This document shows, one piece after another, positions 9,489 through 18,436 of a stretch of 41,457 nt of DNA. The position numbers and the translations under genes were made by a program. The first letter of the stretch is position 1; each line of letters begins with the position of its first letter. The notes beneath the pieces are model-generated. The model saw only the letters and a list, made by a program, of their open reading frames with translations, was not told where the DNA came from and searched no databases. This DNA is from Candidatus Micrarchaeota archaeon (GTDB lineage Archaea; Micrarchaeota; Micrarchaeia; Anstonellales; Bilamarchaeaceae): NCBI GenBank assembly GCA_032123335.1, contig JAQBFN010000052.1, positions 1 to 41,457 of the forward strand, given 5' to 3'.

Positions 9489-10778
9489 ATGATGAGGACA
9501 GATTATGTTGATTCTGCAAAAAAGAAAGTGGGGGGGAAAGTAACCGTTGCCGGGTGGGTGCATGAAATCCGGGACATTGGGAAGCTTGTCTTCATCCAGT
9601 TGCGGGATAAAACAGGAATTATGCAGGTTATTGCGAAAAAGGGCGTAGTTCCTGATGAAGTTCTTGAGAATATGAAAAGGAACAAGGAAGACGTTATTTC
9701 TGTTACTGGCACCGTTGTGGAGAATAAGGTTGCGCCTGGAGGGGTGGAATTAGTTCCCTCTGAGGTTAAGGTGCTTAGCATTGTTGAGAAGAAACTTCCT
9801 ATAGACCCTACTGGAGTTGTGGAATCTGATTTGGATACAAGGTTGAACTTCAGGTACCTGGATTTGAGGAAGCCCAATGTTGCTGCAATCTTCAGGATTA
9901 AGGCAGCAATTATTGAGGAGTTCAGGAGGAAGACCGTTGAGATGGGCTTCCAGGAAGTGCACCCCACGCATATTGTGGCTGCGGCTACGGAAGGGGGAAC
10001 GGAAGTATTCCCTGTACAGTACTTTGAGCAGAAGGCTTTCCTTGCGCAGTCCCCGCAATTGTATAAACAGCTCGCGGTAGTAGGGGGGATAGACAAGGTC
10101 ATGATTACCTCTCCGGTTTGGAGGGCGGAAAAGCACCACACTGCGACCCACTTGAATGAAGTAATACAGATGGATGTGGAGATGGGCTTTGCGGATGATA
10201 ATGATGGGATGGATACGCTTTCGGAAGTTACGCTTTCGATACTCGGGAAGGTTGCGGAAATGAAGGAAGAGCTCGGGCTGCTTAAAACCGGGATTAATGT
10301 GCCTTCGGAAATTAAGCGGTATACATATACGGAAATTGTGGATAAATTGAACTCTGAAGGGGAGAAATTAGAGTGGGGGGAGGATTTCTCCAAGGAGCAG
10401 GAAAAGAAAATCTACGAGATTCTTGGGGAGGATTTATTCATTATACATGACTGGCCTACAATGAGCCGTGCGTTTTACTCTATGCCTAAAGAGGATACGC
10501 CTGAAGTGTGCAAAGCGTATGATTTATTGTACAGGGGGCTTGAGATTTCAAGCGGTGCCCAGCGTATCCATATTCCGGAATTGCTTGAGGAGCAGCTTCG
10601 GAAACGCGATTTGGACCCTGCAAACTTCCAGTTCTATGTGGATGCATTCAGGGTGGGTGCGCCTCCGCACGCAGGATGGAGCATTGGGCTTGAGCGCATT
10701 ACCATGAAGGCCACGGGAATGCACAATATTCGTGAGTGCATGATGTTCCCGCGTGACCGAACTAGAGTACATCCGTGA
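9489..10778 (+). CDS. aspS: Aspartyl-tRNA synthetase, archaeal type (non-discriminating signature)
   Basis: OB fold GWVHEIRD, LDTRLNFRYLDLR, EGG, LAQSPQLYKQ, EISSGAQRIH, GAPPHAGWSIGLER, FPRD. Confidence 0.96.
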   Translation: MMRTDYVDSAKKKVGGKVTVAGWVHEIRDIGKLVFIQLRDKTGIMQVIAKKGVVPDEVLENMKRNKEDVISVTGTVVENKVAPGGVELVPSEVKVLSIVEKKLPIDPTGVVESDLDTRLNFRYLDLRKPNVAAIFRIKAAIIEEFRRKTVEMGFQEVHPTHIVAAATEGGTEVFPVQYFEQKAFLAQSPQLYKQLAVVGGIDKVMITSPVWRAEKHHTATHLNEVIQMDVEMGFADDNDGMDTLSEVTLSILGKVAEMKEELGLLKTGINVPSEIKRYTYTEIVDKLNSEGEKLEWGEDFSKEQEKKIYEILGEDLFIIHDWPTMSRAFYSMPKEDTPEVCKAYDLLYRGLEISSGAQRIHIPELLEEQLRKRDLDPANFQFYVDAFRVGAPPHAGWSIGLERITMKATGMHNIRECMMFPRDRTRVHP

Positions 10779-10825
10779 AATAATAGTTTGATAAAAATAG
10801 GGGAGGGGAAGCGTCCCATCCCATG

Positions 10826-10868
10826 GTGCATGATGTTCCCGAGGGATAGGGCCAGGGTGTACCCATAG
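10826..10868 (+). repeat. Diverged duplicate of the last 14 codons of aspS (stop codon included)
   Basis: 16-nt direct repeat GTGCATGATGTTCCCG at 10736-10751 and 10826-10841; the copy encodes CMMFPRDRARVYP* versus CMMFPRDRTRVHP* in aspS. Confidence 0.85.
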
Positions 10869-10907
10869 ATAAATACATTTAAAAACACTATTATACACAA
10901 TATATCT

Positions 10908-11426
10908 ATGAAGCGCGTACTCAATTGCCCAATGGAGAATGGTTCAGGCGGAATGCCCCCAAAACCAATGGAAAAGGCAAAAGAACTTGGGCCAGACAGA
11001 ATCCAGAAACAGCTTAGGGTACTTGTTATTGATGATAGTCCACCCATTTTAAGGTCAGTTTGCAGAATATTGAGTAGGGGGGGAGTAAACGCTGAGAATT
11101 TGGTTCTGGCCAGCAACGGAAGTGAAGGATTAAACAAGATAAGTGAAGGAGAATTCGACCTCATTATAACAGACAACAATATGCCAGAGATGGATGGGCA
11201 GAACATGGTAAAGATTCTTGCCGAAGAAGGAAAGACTGGGATTCTAGACAAAATTGTCCTCCAAACCGCACAGCTCTTCGACATTAAAACCGAGGTAAAA
11301 ATCCTCTTAAACGGAAGAGTGCTAGACAAGATAGACGCGGGGCAGGAACTTATAGAGTTAACCCAACACCTCATAAAAGGCGGGGCAGTTAAGGACTGGA
11401 TTCCTAGCACTGAAGAAATCTATTAG
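10908..11426 (+). CDS. Stand-alone CheY-like response regulator receiver protein with N-terminal extension
   Basis: VLVIDD, DLIITDNNMPEMDG (phospho-acceptor Asp), conserved Thr (LQTA) and Lys (LDK); TTTAAAAA about 23 nt upstream. Confidence 0.88.
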   Translation: MKRVLNCPMENGSGGMPPKPMEKAKELGPDRIQKQLRVLVIDDSPPILRSVCRILSRGGVNAENLVLASNGSEGLNKISEGEFDLIITDNNMPEMDGQNMVKILAEEGKTGILDKIVLQTAQLFDIKTEVKILLNGRVLDKIDAGQELIELTQHLIKGGAVKDWIPSTEEIY

Positions 11427-12565
11427 AGCAGAAGAAGAATTGTAGGTACGATTATTGAGCCCATTAAGATTGTTCTTTCTACATTCATTCTTATGCATAA
11501 ATAGCCCAGGGCGGTTGCTACAAAAAAGAGCATTATGCCCGGGAGCGAATCAATCAGGAAAACAATTGCGATTAGGTAGATTGCAAGCATCGTGTTCATT
11601 ATGCTGAAATTGATTTTGGAGATTTCCCCTATTTTTGGCCTGAATATGTAAACTAATATGCAGGCGAAAGCGATTCCGATTATGAATACTGAGAGGTAGG
11701 GGAGGAGTGCATCTTGTATGGGGGTAATTGAAGAGGCTTCTGCGATTGCGCCTATTCTTGCTTTGCCCAATGTGGATGCGGTGGAAAATGCGAAAACGGA
11801 TTCGCTTACCCCGATTGAGGCGATTGTGGCGAGGTAAGCGGCACCTGCAAAGGGGACTATTATTGAGGCGAATGCTGCAACCTGCGCAGGAGAACTGATT
11901 CCGGGAAGCAGGTCTGCAATCCATCCTAGGAATACTCCGAGTGCTGCGAACTTCAGGATGGAAAGGTCGATTCTTTTTGGGAGTTTTTGCTCAGGAAGCT
12001 TTGCGTTTGAATAGGTAAAGATTGCAGCCATTGCGAACATTCCTGTGAATAATGGGAGGAATGGATCCGGGAGGCCTAAGGAGAAGGCTTGTTTTCCGAT
12101 TATCCCTGCAAGTATGAAGATTAGGAGGGCGCCCAGTGGGTTCCTGCTTCTTAGGACCAGGATTGCTGAAGCAATTATCAGGATGTGGAAAAGGTAGGGC
12201 TGGATTGCCGGGAAAACTATCGGGTAGAGTGCCTGGGATACCGGGAATAGGGTTATGCAGATTAGGACTGCGAAAATGGCAGAGACCACCATTACTGTGA
12301 GGGCTTCGAGGCCCTTTCCTTTCATGGCCATGCGGTGGCCGGGGAGCACGGAGAGCACTACGGTTGAGTCCGGGATTCCAAGGAAAATTGAAGGGATGTA
12401 CGCTATTATGGAGTGGACTGCAAACATTGCAATTATTGCGAAGGGAAGGTCAGGGGATTCTATATTCAGGGAGAGAAGAACAGAAGTAAGGGTGTTGGGG
12501 TGCAGCCCTGGGATTAGCCCGGTGAGAAGTCCTAGAAACAGGGCTAATATTATAAGGAGCATCAA
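11423..12565 (-). CDS. TctA/DUF112-family integral membrane protein (tripartite tricarboxylate transporter permease-like)
   Basis: GLLTGLIPGLHPN, IPSIFLGIPD...VLPGHRM..KGKG and a repeated LLPGISS motif; many TM helices. Confidence 0.88.
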   Translation of the reverse strand: MMLLIILALFLGLLTGLIPGLHPNTLTSVLLSLNIESPDLPFAIIAMFAVHSIIAYIPSIFLGIPDSTVVLSVLPGHRMAMKGKGLEALTVMVVSAIFAVLICITLFPVSQALYPIVFPAIQPYLFHILIIASAILVLRSRNPLGALLIFILAGIIGKQAFSLGLPDPFLPLFTGMFAMAAIFTYSNAKLPEQKLPKRIDLSILKFAALGVFLGWIADLLPGISSPAQVAAFASIIVPFAGAAYLATIASIGVSESVFAFSTASTLGKARIGAIAEASSITPIQDALLPYLSVFIIGIAFACILVYIFRPKIGEISKINFSIMNTMLAIYLIAIVFLIDSLPGIMLFFVATALGYLCIRMNVERTILMGSIIVPTILLLL

Positions 12566-12665
12566 TATCCCTAGAAGAAAACTACATTAGGAGAAAGAAG
12601 GCTTTTAATCCTGCTTTATCTGGGGTTTTTTAATTTATATGATGAAGTTGGGTGGAGGTGGGAAT

Positions 12666-13595
12666 ATGGACCTGAAAGGAAGACATTTTCTAACTTTGTT
12701 AGACTACAGCAAAGAGGAATTGGAGTATCTGTTGGATGTTGCACTCAAGATGAAGAAGGGCGATCTTGTGAAGAGATTGCCGGACAAAACCCTGGCGATG
12801 CTTTTCCAGAAATCATCTACACGTACAAGGATGAGCTTTGAGGCTGGAATGACCCGCCTTGGAGGGCATGGGATGTTCCTGGATATGAAGAACACCCAGC
12901 TTGGGCGCGGTGAAACCATTGAGGACACCGGGAGGACCATGAGCAGGTACGTGGAAGGGATTATGGCCAGGTTGAATGACCATAAAGATATTGAGGGGAT
13001 TGCGGCAAATGCTACGGTTCCTGTGATTAATGCGCTTACGGATATGTACCACCCCTGCCAGACAATGGCGGATATGCTTACTGTTATGGAAAAGAAGGGG
13101 AAGATTGAAGGGCTCAAGGTTGTGTATGTAGGGGACTGCGGGTTCAACATGTTCCACTCAACCATGATTGGGTTCTCCAAGCTTGGTGCTAATGTGGTGG
13201 GGCTTTGTCCGGACAAGCCCGAGTATATGCCTAAGCCGGAGATGCTTGAGAAGGCGAAGGCCCAGGCAAAAGGAAGCATTTCTATTTCGCATGACCCTGT
13301 GGAAGCAATGAAGGGTGCGGATGTTGTTTATACGGACGTGTGGATAAGCATGGGGCAGGATGAGGAAAAGGCGAAGAGGCTTGCGGACTTCTCAGGTTTC
13401 CAGGTGAATGCTGAATTGATGGGGCATGCGAAGCCGGATGCAATCTTTATGCATTGTTTGCCTGCGCACCGGGGGGTGGAAGTTGCTGCTGAAGTAATCG
13501 ACAGCCCGTGCTCGGTTGTGTTTGATGAGGCTGAGAATAGGCTTTGGGCACAGAATGCGATTCTTGTAGAGTTGATGGGCGGCACTTCGGAGTAG
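12666..13595 (+). CDS. argF: Ornithine carbamoyltransferase
   Basis: SSTRTR, HPCQ, DVWISMG, HCLP and AENR motifs; GGAGGTGG Shine-Dalgarno motif before ATG 12666. Confidence 0.96.
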   Translation: MDLKGRHFLTLLDYSKEELEYLLDVALKMKKGDLVKRLPDKTLAMLFQKSSTRTRMSFEAGMTRLGGHGMFLDMKNTQLGRGETIEDTGRTMSRYVEGIMARLNDHKDIEGIAANATVPVINALTDMYHPCQTMADMLTVMEKKGKIEGLKVVYVGDCGFNMFHSTMIGFSKLGANVVGLCPDKPEYMPKPEMLEKAKAQAKGSISISHDPVEAMKGADVVYTDVWISMGQDEEKAKRLADFSGFQVNAELMGHAKPDAIFMHCLPAHRGVEVAAEVIDSPCSVVFDEAENRLWAQNAILVELMGGTSE

Positions 13596-13625
13596 GCGCG
13601 GAACGCGGCAAACTGCTCCGAAGTG
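13583..13625 (+). repeat. Palindromic element, copy A (13-bp stem enclosing a CGCG-GAA-CGCG mini-hairpin)
   Basis: CACTTCGGAGTAG/CTGCTCCGAAGTG stem with one G-U, overlapping the argF stop codon. Confidence 0.7.
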
Positions 13626-13687
13626 ACGGAAGGGAGTAAAACCCCTATCCTCTTTCTTTTTATTTATTCTCTTATAAACTGCTTCTC

Positions 13688-15496
13688 ATGATACTCAACG
13701 CAAAACACCAGATTGCAAGCCTTATTTCCAAAGCAAGCGAAGAAGATGAGAGCGTATGCTTCAATACTCTTGAAATTGCGGAAGAGGGGAAGGGGGATAT
13801 TGCAAGCAAGATTGGCTTTATTCTCGCAAAGAAGATGAAGATGAGCCCTGTGCAGGCTGCACAGGAAGTTGCGGGGAAGCTTAAGCCTCATGAGTGGGTG
13901 AACAGTGTTGAGGTTACTGGCCCGTATATCAACTTCTTTCTTTCTGATGAGTTTTACGCGGAGGCGGTGCGGAGAATCCTTCAGGCAGAGAGGGAATATG
14001 GATCCGGGAACTCCGGGAGGAGGGTGATTGTGGAATCTCCTTCCGTAAATCCGAATAAGCCCTGGCACATTGGGCACCTGAGGAATGCGTTGCTTGGGGA
14101 TTCTGTTGCGAATTTGCTTGCGTTTATTGGGGATGATGTGCAGAGAATGGATTATATTGATGATTTAGGTTTGCAGGTGGCGCAGAGTTTGTGGGGTTAC
14201 CTAAACGAAGATAAAGAGATAGAAGGGAAAGCCGACCACTGGATTGGGCACGAGTATGTGAAAGTTGCAGAACGGATGGAGAAGGATGAGATTGTAAAGA
14301 AGTCTGCTGAAGGGATTTTGAAGGAAATGGAAAATGGGGGAAACGAAACTGCGGAGAAGGCGCGGTGGCTAGCGGAGGAGTGCCTAAAGGCCCAGTATGA
14401 AACTGCATTCAACTACGGGAACCATGAAAATGTGCTTATTTGCGAGAGCGATATTATGAGGGAGATTTTTGCGGAGGGCATTGAGAAATTGAAGGAGAGT
14501 GGGGCTGTTACCCATGAAACTGGCGGGAAGAGCAAGGGCTGCTGGGTGGTTAAGCTCGGGGGAAAGATGAGGGGGATGACTGACCCTGACAAGATACTTA
14601 TACGGAGCAACGGGACTGCAACCTATACCGGAAAGGATATGATTTTTCATTTGTGGAAGTTCGGAAAATTGAATGGTGGGTTCAAGTACGCTAAATTCCT
14701 GGACCAGCCTACGGATGGAACTGCGTACATCACTTCCGGGAAAGGAAAGGCGATGGGCTTTGGGAAAGCAGATTTGGTTGTGAATGTGATTGGGGTGGAG
14801 CAAAAGTACCCGCAGGAAGTAATCAAGCATGTATTGGATGTGCTTGGGTACACTAAGGAAGCGGAGAATTTTGTGCACCTTGCATATGAGCATGCGTGGC
14901 TTCCGGAAGTTAAGTTCTCTGGGAGGAAAGGAACCTGGGTGGGGCACACCGCGGATGAACTTGCAATTGAGGGGAAGAAGCGTGCGCTTGGGAAGGTGAA
15001 GAGCGAGCTTCCGGAAGATGAAAAGGAAACTATTGCGGAAGAGGTTGCGATTGGGGCGATAAGGTATGCGTTCCTGAAGATTGCACCTGAGAAGAAATTG
15101 GTGTTTAAGTGGGATGAAGTTCTTAGCCTTGAGGGGGACTCCGGGCCATACCTGCAGTATGCGTGCGTGCGCGCAAGGAGAATTATGGAGAAGGCGGGGT
15201 ACGAGGCTGCAGTAAAAGCATATGAGTTCAATGCTGAGGAGAAGACGCTCATAAAGGAGCTGGCCAGGTTCCCGGAAGTTGTTGGGGACGCAGCAAGGAA
15301 GATGAGGCCGCATTTAGTTTCGGATTACCTTTATTCCCTCTCCAATGGGTTCAGCAAGTTCTATACGAACAACCCTGTGATTAAGGCTGAAGCGGAAGAT
15401 GAAAGGAAGATGAGGCTGGCGATGGTTTCAGCATTCAACAATGTGCTTTCAATTGGGCTGGGGATTCTGGGGGTGCCGATTCCGAATAAAATGTAA
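13688..15496 (+). CDS. argS: Arginyl-tRNA synthetase
   Basis: GPYINF, SVNPNKPWHIGHLRN (HIGH motif), KFSGRKG, GDSGPYLQYA and C-terminal PNKM. Confidence 0.97.
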   Translation: MILNAKHQIASLISKASEEDESVCFNTLEIAEEGKGDIASKIGFILAKKMKMSPVQAAQEVAGKLKPHEWVNSVEVTGPYINFFLSDEFYAEAVRRILQAEREYGSGNSGRRVIVESPSVNPNKPWHIGHLRNALLGDSVANLLAFIGDDVQRMDYIDDLGLQVAQSLWGYLNEDKEIEGKADHWIGHEYVKVAERMEKDEIVKKSAEGILKEMENGGNETAEKARWLAEECLKAQYETAFNYGNHENVLICESDIMREIFAEGIEKLKESGAVTHETGGKSKGCWVVKLGGKMRGMTDPDKILIRSNGTATYTGKDMIFHLWKFGKLNGGFKYAKFLDQPTDGTAYITSGKGKAMGFGKADLVVNVIGVEQKYPQEVIKHVLDVLGYTKEAENFVHLAYEHAWLPEVKFSGRKGTWVGHTADELAIEGKKRALGKVKSELPEDEKETIAEEVAIGAIRYAFLKIAPEKKLVFKWDEVLSLEGDSGPYLQYACVRARRIMEKAGYEAAVKAYEFNAEEKTLIKELARFPEVVGDAARKMRPHLVSDYLYSLSNGFSKFYTNNPVIKAEAEDERKMRLAMVSAFNNVLSIGLGILGVPIPNKM

Positions 15497-15538
15497 CGGT
15501 TTGGAGTGCACGCGAAGCGGCTCACGCGCTCCGGACTG
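15497..15538 (+). repeat. Palindromic element, copy B (13-bp stem enclosing a CGC-GAA-GCG mini-hairpin)
   Basis: CGGTTTGGAGTGC/GCGCTCCGGACTG stem with four G-U pairs, between the convergent argS and rio1 genes. Confidence 0.65.
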
Positions 15539-15542
15539 GCAA

Positions 15543-16283
15543 TTAGGACTTGATGTATTTGAGGGCCTCTTTAAGGTCCATTTTGAATCCGTATTTTGCA
15601 AAATACTTTACGATATTGTGTACATCCCTTTCCAGGTATCTTTCTGAATTAGGATGGGAGAGCACTACACCCTGCCCAAAGTCAATCAGGTAGGGCTTGG
15701 GGCCAACTAGAATGTTGTATTCACTCATGTCTGCGTGAACTAAACCTGCGCGATACATTTTGCGCATATCCAGAAGGATGCTTTTGAGCTGGCTCATGGA
15801 ATCCGGGCCGAGAACATTCAACGGGGTATATGGAAGGCCATTTTCACCCAAGAATTCCATAAGAAGGATGTTTTTTTCCTGGAGCAGAGGCTTGGGAGCA
15901 TGCACCTTTGCCCTCTCGCATATATGCAGGTTCTTGAATTCTTTCTGTGCAAAAGCAGTTACGAAATCCCTTTCTGTGCGGCGGAATTTAGTGAAGCGCG
16001 GGTCACCCTCTAAATACTCTTTGCGGCGCATGAAGTGGGTGGTTTCAATTTTGTATATTTTTACTGCAATATTCGAGCCGGAAGGAGTGGTTGAACGGAA
16101 TACGTTTGCTTCCTTCCCGGTGGAAATTGGATAATCTACTGTTTCGAGTATTCCTTTTCCAATAAGCTTGGAAAGTTCGAGCAAAGTGGAACGGTCAAAA
16201 ACATCGCTCTCCAGCTTGAATCTTTCCTTAAGCAAAAAGTCGTCTTTTGAAGGCCTTTTTCTTTTTGAAACCTTCCGGGACAT
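15543..16283 (-). CDS. rio1: RIO1-family Ser/Thr kinase
   Basis: ISTGKEANVF, AVKIY, LVHADMSEYNIL, IDFGQ, HPNS..YLERD. Confidence 0.95.
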   Translation of the reverse strand: MSRKVSKRKRPSKDDFLLKERFKLESDVFDRSTLLELSKLIGKGILETVDYPISTGKEANVFRSTTPSGSNIAVKIYKIETTHFMRRKEYLEGDPRFTKFRRTERDFVTAFAQKEFKNLHICERAKVHAPKPLLQEKNILLMEFLGENGLPYTPLNVLGPDSMSQLKSILLDMRKMYRAGLVHADMSEYNILVGPKPYLIDFGQGVVLSHPNSERYLERDVHNIVKYFAKYGFKMDLKEALKYIKS

Positions 16284-16649
16284 CTATCCTACCTTTAAGT
16301 AGCCCTTTTCCTGGAGCCATCGCCTCTCATTCGGGTGGTATCTCCAGATAACGTCTCCTTTCTGGTCCCCCTGGATCTCCCAGGGCCTTAGGGTAACTGC
16401 GTCCCCTTCCCTAACCCAAATCCTTCTCTTGAGCTTTCCGGGAATCCTGCCCATCCTCTCCTTTCCATCATTGCAGAGAACTGTCATGCGGCCCCCTCCC
16501 ATAATTCCTGTGACAATTCCGAGGAGCTCGCCCTGCTTGGGGAGCTTTACGCGCATGATTGGCTGCACTGTGCCTGGCGCTGGGGGCCTTTTGGGCTTCT
16601 TTTTAATTCCCCTAAAGCCTGTTTTTTTCTTCTTTCTTCCGGCTGCCAT
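16284..16649 (-). CDS. eif1a: Translation initiation factor aIF-1A
   Basis: GGGRMTVLCNDGKERMGRIPGKLKRRIWVREGD...PWE; basic N-terminal extension. Confidence 0.96.
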   Translation of the reverse strand: MAAGRKKKKTGFRGIKKKPKRPPAPGTVQPIMRVKLPKQGELLGIVTGIMGGGRMTVLCNDGKERMGRIPGKLKRRIWVREGDAVTLRPWEIQGDQKGDVIWRYHPNERRWLQEKGYLKVG

Positions 16650-17053
16650 TATCTCACCGCTGTCCTGGCTCCGCAGGCCTCACAAACTAATATTTTGGAC
16701 CTGTGGCCCGTATCCTCCACATGGGTATCCGGCTTTCCGCACTGCTCGCAAATCACGTATGTTTTAACATACTCATTGAACTTCTTGTTAAGGAGGTCCC
16801 TGTTGAGCTTCCTGTGCAAAATAAGCCTTTCCCCTTCGGAAGTTGCAGGGACTGCAAATTCTTTTGTGAAGTATTTGATTATGTGCTCAGGTGTTCTCCT
16901 TATTTTTTGGAGGACCTGGGAAAAGTTGCGGATTATTGTTTTGTTTCCTTCCACAAAGACATCCAGAGTGGGGACTTCAAAACGCTCCCCTGTGCCTATG
17001 TCGTCAGGCAGCTCTTTGTGCGCTTTGTCCAGAAGGTCATCATAATCCATCAA
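16649..17053 (-). CDS. eif2b: Translation initiation factor aIF-2 beta subunit
   Basis: ERFEVP, GNKTIIRNF and C-terminal zinc ribbon YVICEQCGKPDT...CEACGA. Confidence 0.96.
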   Translation of the reverse strand: MMDYDDLLDKAHKELPDDIGTGERFEVPTLDVFVEGNKTIIRNFSQVLQKIRRTPEHIIKYFTKEFAVPATSEGERLILHRKLNRDLLNKKFNEYVKTYVICEQCGKPDTHVEDTGHRSKILVCEACGARTAVR

Positions 17054-17102
17054 TTCACCGTTTAATTTAAGATGTTATGGGTGAGGAAACTTTAAAAACT
17101 GA

Positions 17103-18368
17103 TTATTCAGTCCCCTCCTGCCAGCTTGAGAGATATCTTATCTGTTCCTGTGTAAGGACATCGAATTTTACTCCCACTGCTTCAAGCTGCAGTTTGGAGA
17201 TTTCAATGTCTACCTCATCCGGGAGGTCAACTACCTTTGCTCCAAGGGTTCCTTTATTCTTTACAAGGTACTCGCATGCGAGGGCCTGGCCTGCAAAAGA
17301 AGTTGCCATTACTTCAGAAGGGTGGCCTTCCGCTGCACCAAGGTTTACGAGCCTTCCTCCGGCACATAGATACAATCTCTTTCCATCTATGGTAAACTCC
17401 TCAAGGAAAGGCCTCATCTCCCTTGTTGAAGCTGCGTTCTCCCTTAGGGAGTTAACATCAATTTCGCAATCAAAATGGCCGGAATTTGCCATGATTGCGT
17501 CATTCTTCATCATCTTCATGTGTTCAAAGGAAATGACGTGCTTGTTTCCTGTAACTGTGATGAAGATGTCTCCTAGTTTTGCAGCATCATTCATTTGCAT
17601 TACCCTGTGCCCATCATAGAATGCCTGGAGGGCCCTGAATGGCTTAACTTCGGTTACAATCACATTTGCACCCATTGCTTTTGCCCTTAGTGCTACTCCT
17701 TTTCCGCAATCCCCATAGCCCACTACAACCAGTGTTTTTCCTGCAAGGAGAACATTAGTTGAACGAAGAACGCCGTCTAGGGTGGATTGGCCGGTTCCAT
17801 AATAGTTGTCCAGGAGGTGTTTGGTGTCATTGTCGTTTACTGCAACCACTGGATATTTTAGTGCGCCATCCTTGGCCATTGCATCGAGCCTGATTATCCC
17901 GGTTGTTGTTTCTTCACAGCCCCCAATCATGGAATCCAATAGCTCTGGTTTTTCGGTGTGGATCAGCTTTAGGAGGTCTCCGCCATCGTCAATTGTGATT
18001 TGGGGTTTTTGTTTTAATACTTCGTTTAAGTATCTGTAATAATCATCGGTTGTTTCTCCCTTGTACCCATAAACTGAGAAGCCGTCTGCGGCAAGGGCTG
18101 CAGCAACATCGTCCTGGGTGGAAAGCGGGTTGCATCCGGCAATTGTAACTTTTGCACCTCCTGCGCGGAGCGTGTAAAGAAGGATTGCGGTTTCTTTGGT
18201 TACGTGGAGTGCAAGGCCGATTGTGATTCCCTCAAAGGGTTTTTCCCTTTCAAACCTTTCAGAAATTGACTTTAGGCATGACATGTGGTTTCTTGCCCAC
18301 TCAATATTCTTCTCCCCCTGATCTGCAAGGGACATGTCCTTGACTTCATAATTTTCTCCTGTATCCAT
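17103..18368 (-). CDS. ahcY: Adenosylhomocysteinase (SAH hydrolase)
   Basis: CNPLSTQD, DDGGD, EETTTG, KHLLDNYYGTGQS, GYGDCGKG, GHFDCEI, GRLVNL..AEGHP. Confidence 0.97.
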   Translation of the reverse strand: MDTGENYEVKDMSLADQGEKNIEWARNHMSCLKSISERFEREKPFEGITIGLALHVTKETAILLYTLRAGGAKVTIAGCNPLSTQDDVAAALAADGFSVYGYKGETTDDYYRYLNEVLKQKPQITIDDGGDLLKLIHTEKPELLDSMIGGCEETTTGIIRLDAMAKDGALKYPVVAVNDNDTKHLLDNYYGTGQSTLDGVLRSTNVLLAGKTLVVVGYGDCGKGVALRAKAMGANVIVTEVKPFRALQAFYDGHRVMQMNDAAKLGDIFITVTGNKHVISFEHMKMMKNDAIMANSGHFDCEIDVNSLRENAASTREMRPFLEEFTIDGKRLYLCAGGRLVNLGAAEGHPSEVMATSFAGQALACEYLVKNKGTLGAKVVDLPDEVDIEISKLQLEAVGVKFDVLTQEQIRYLSSWQEGTE

Positions 18369-18436
18369 AATAACACCAGAATTCGTAATGAATATATTTC
18401 AAAATGATTATATAGGCTTCTGCATAAGTTTAGCGC

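Noticed and set aside
10776..10868. UGA readthrough or recoding extending AspRS by 30 codons
   Set aside because: The frame is open, but TGA is used as a normal stop by many genes here and AspRS already ends at its canonical position; a duplication scar is simpler.
12666..15496. Arginine deiminase or arginine biosynthesis operon around argF-argS
   Set aside because: No arcA, arcC or other arg genes in the window, so pathway direction cannot be assigned.
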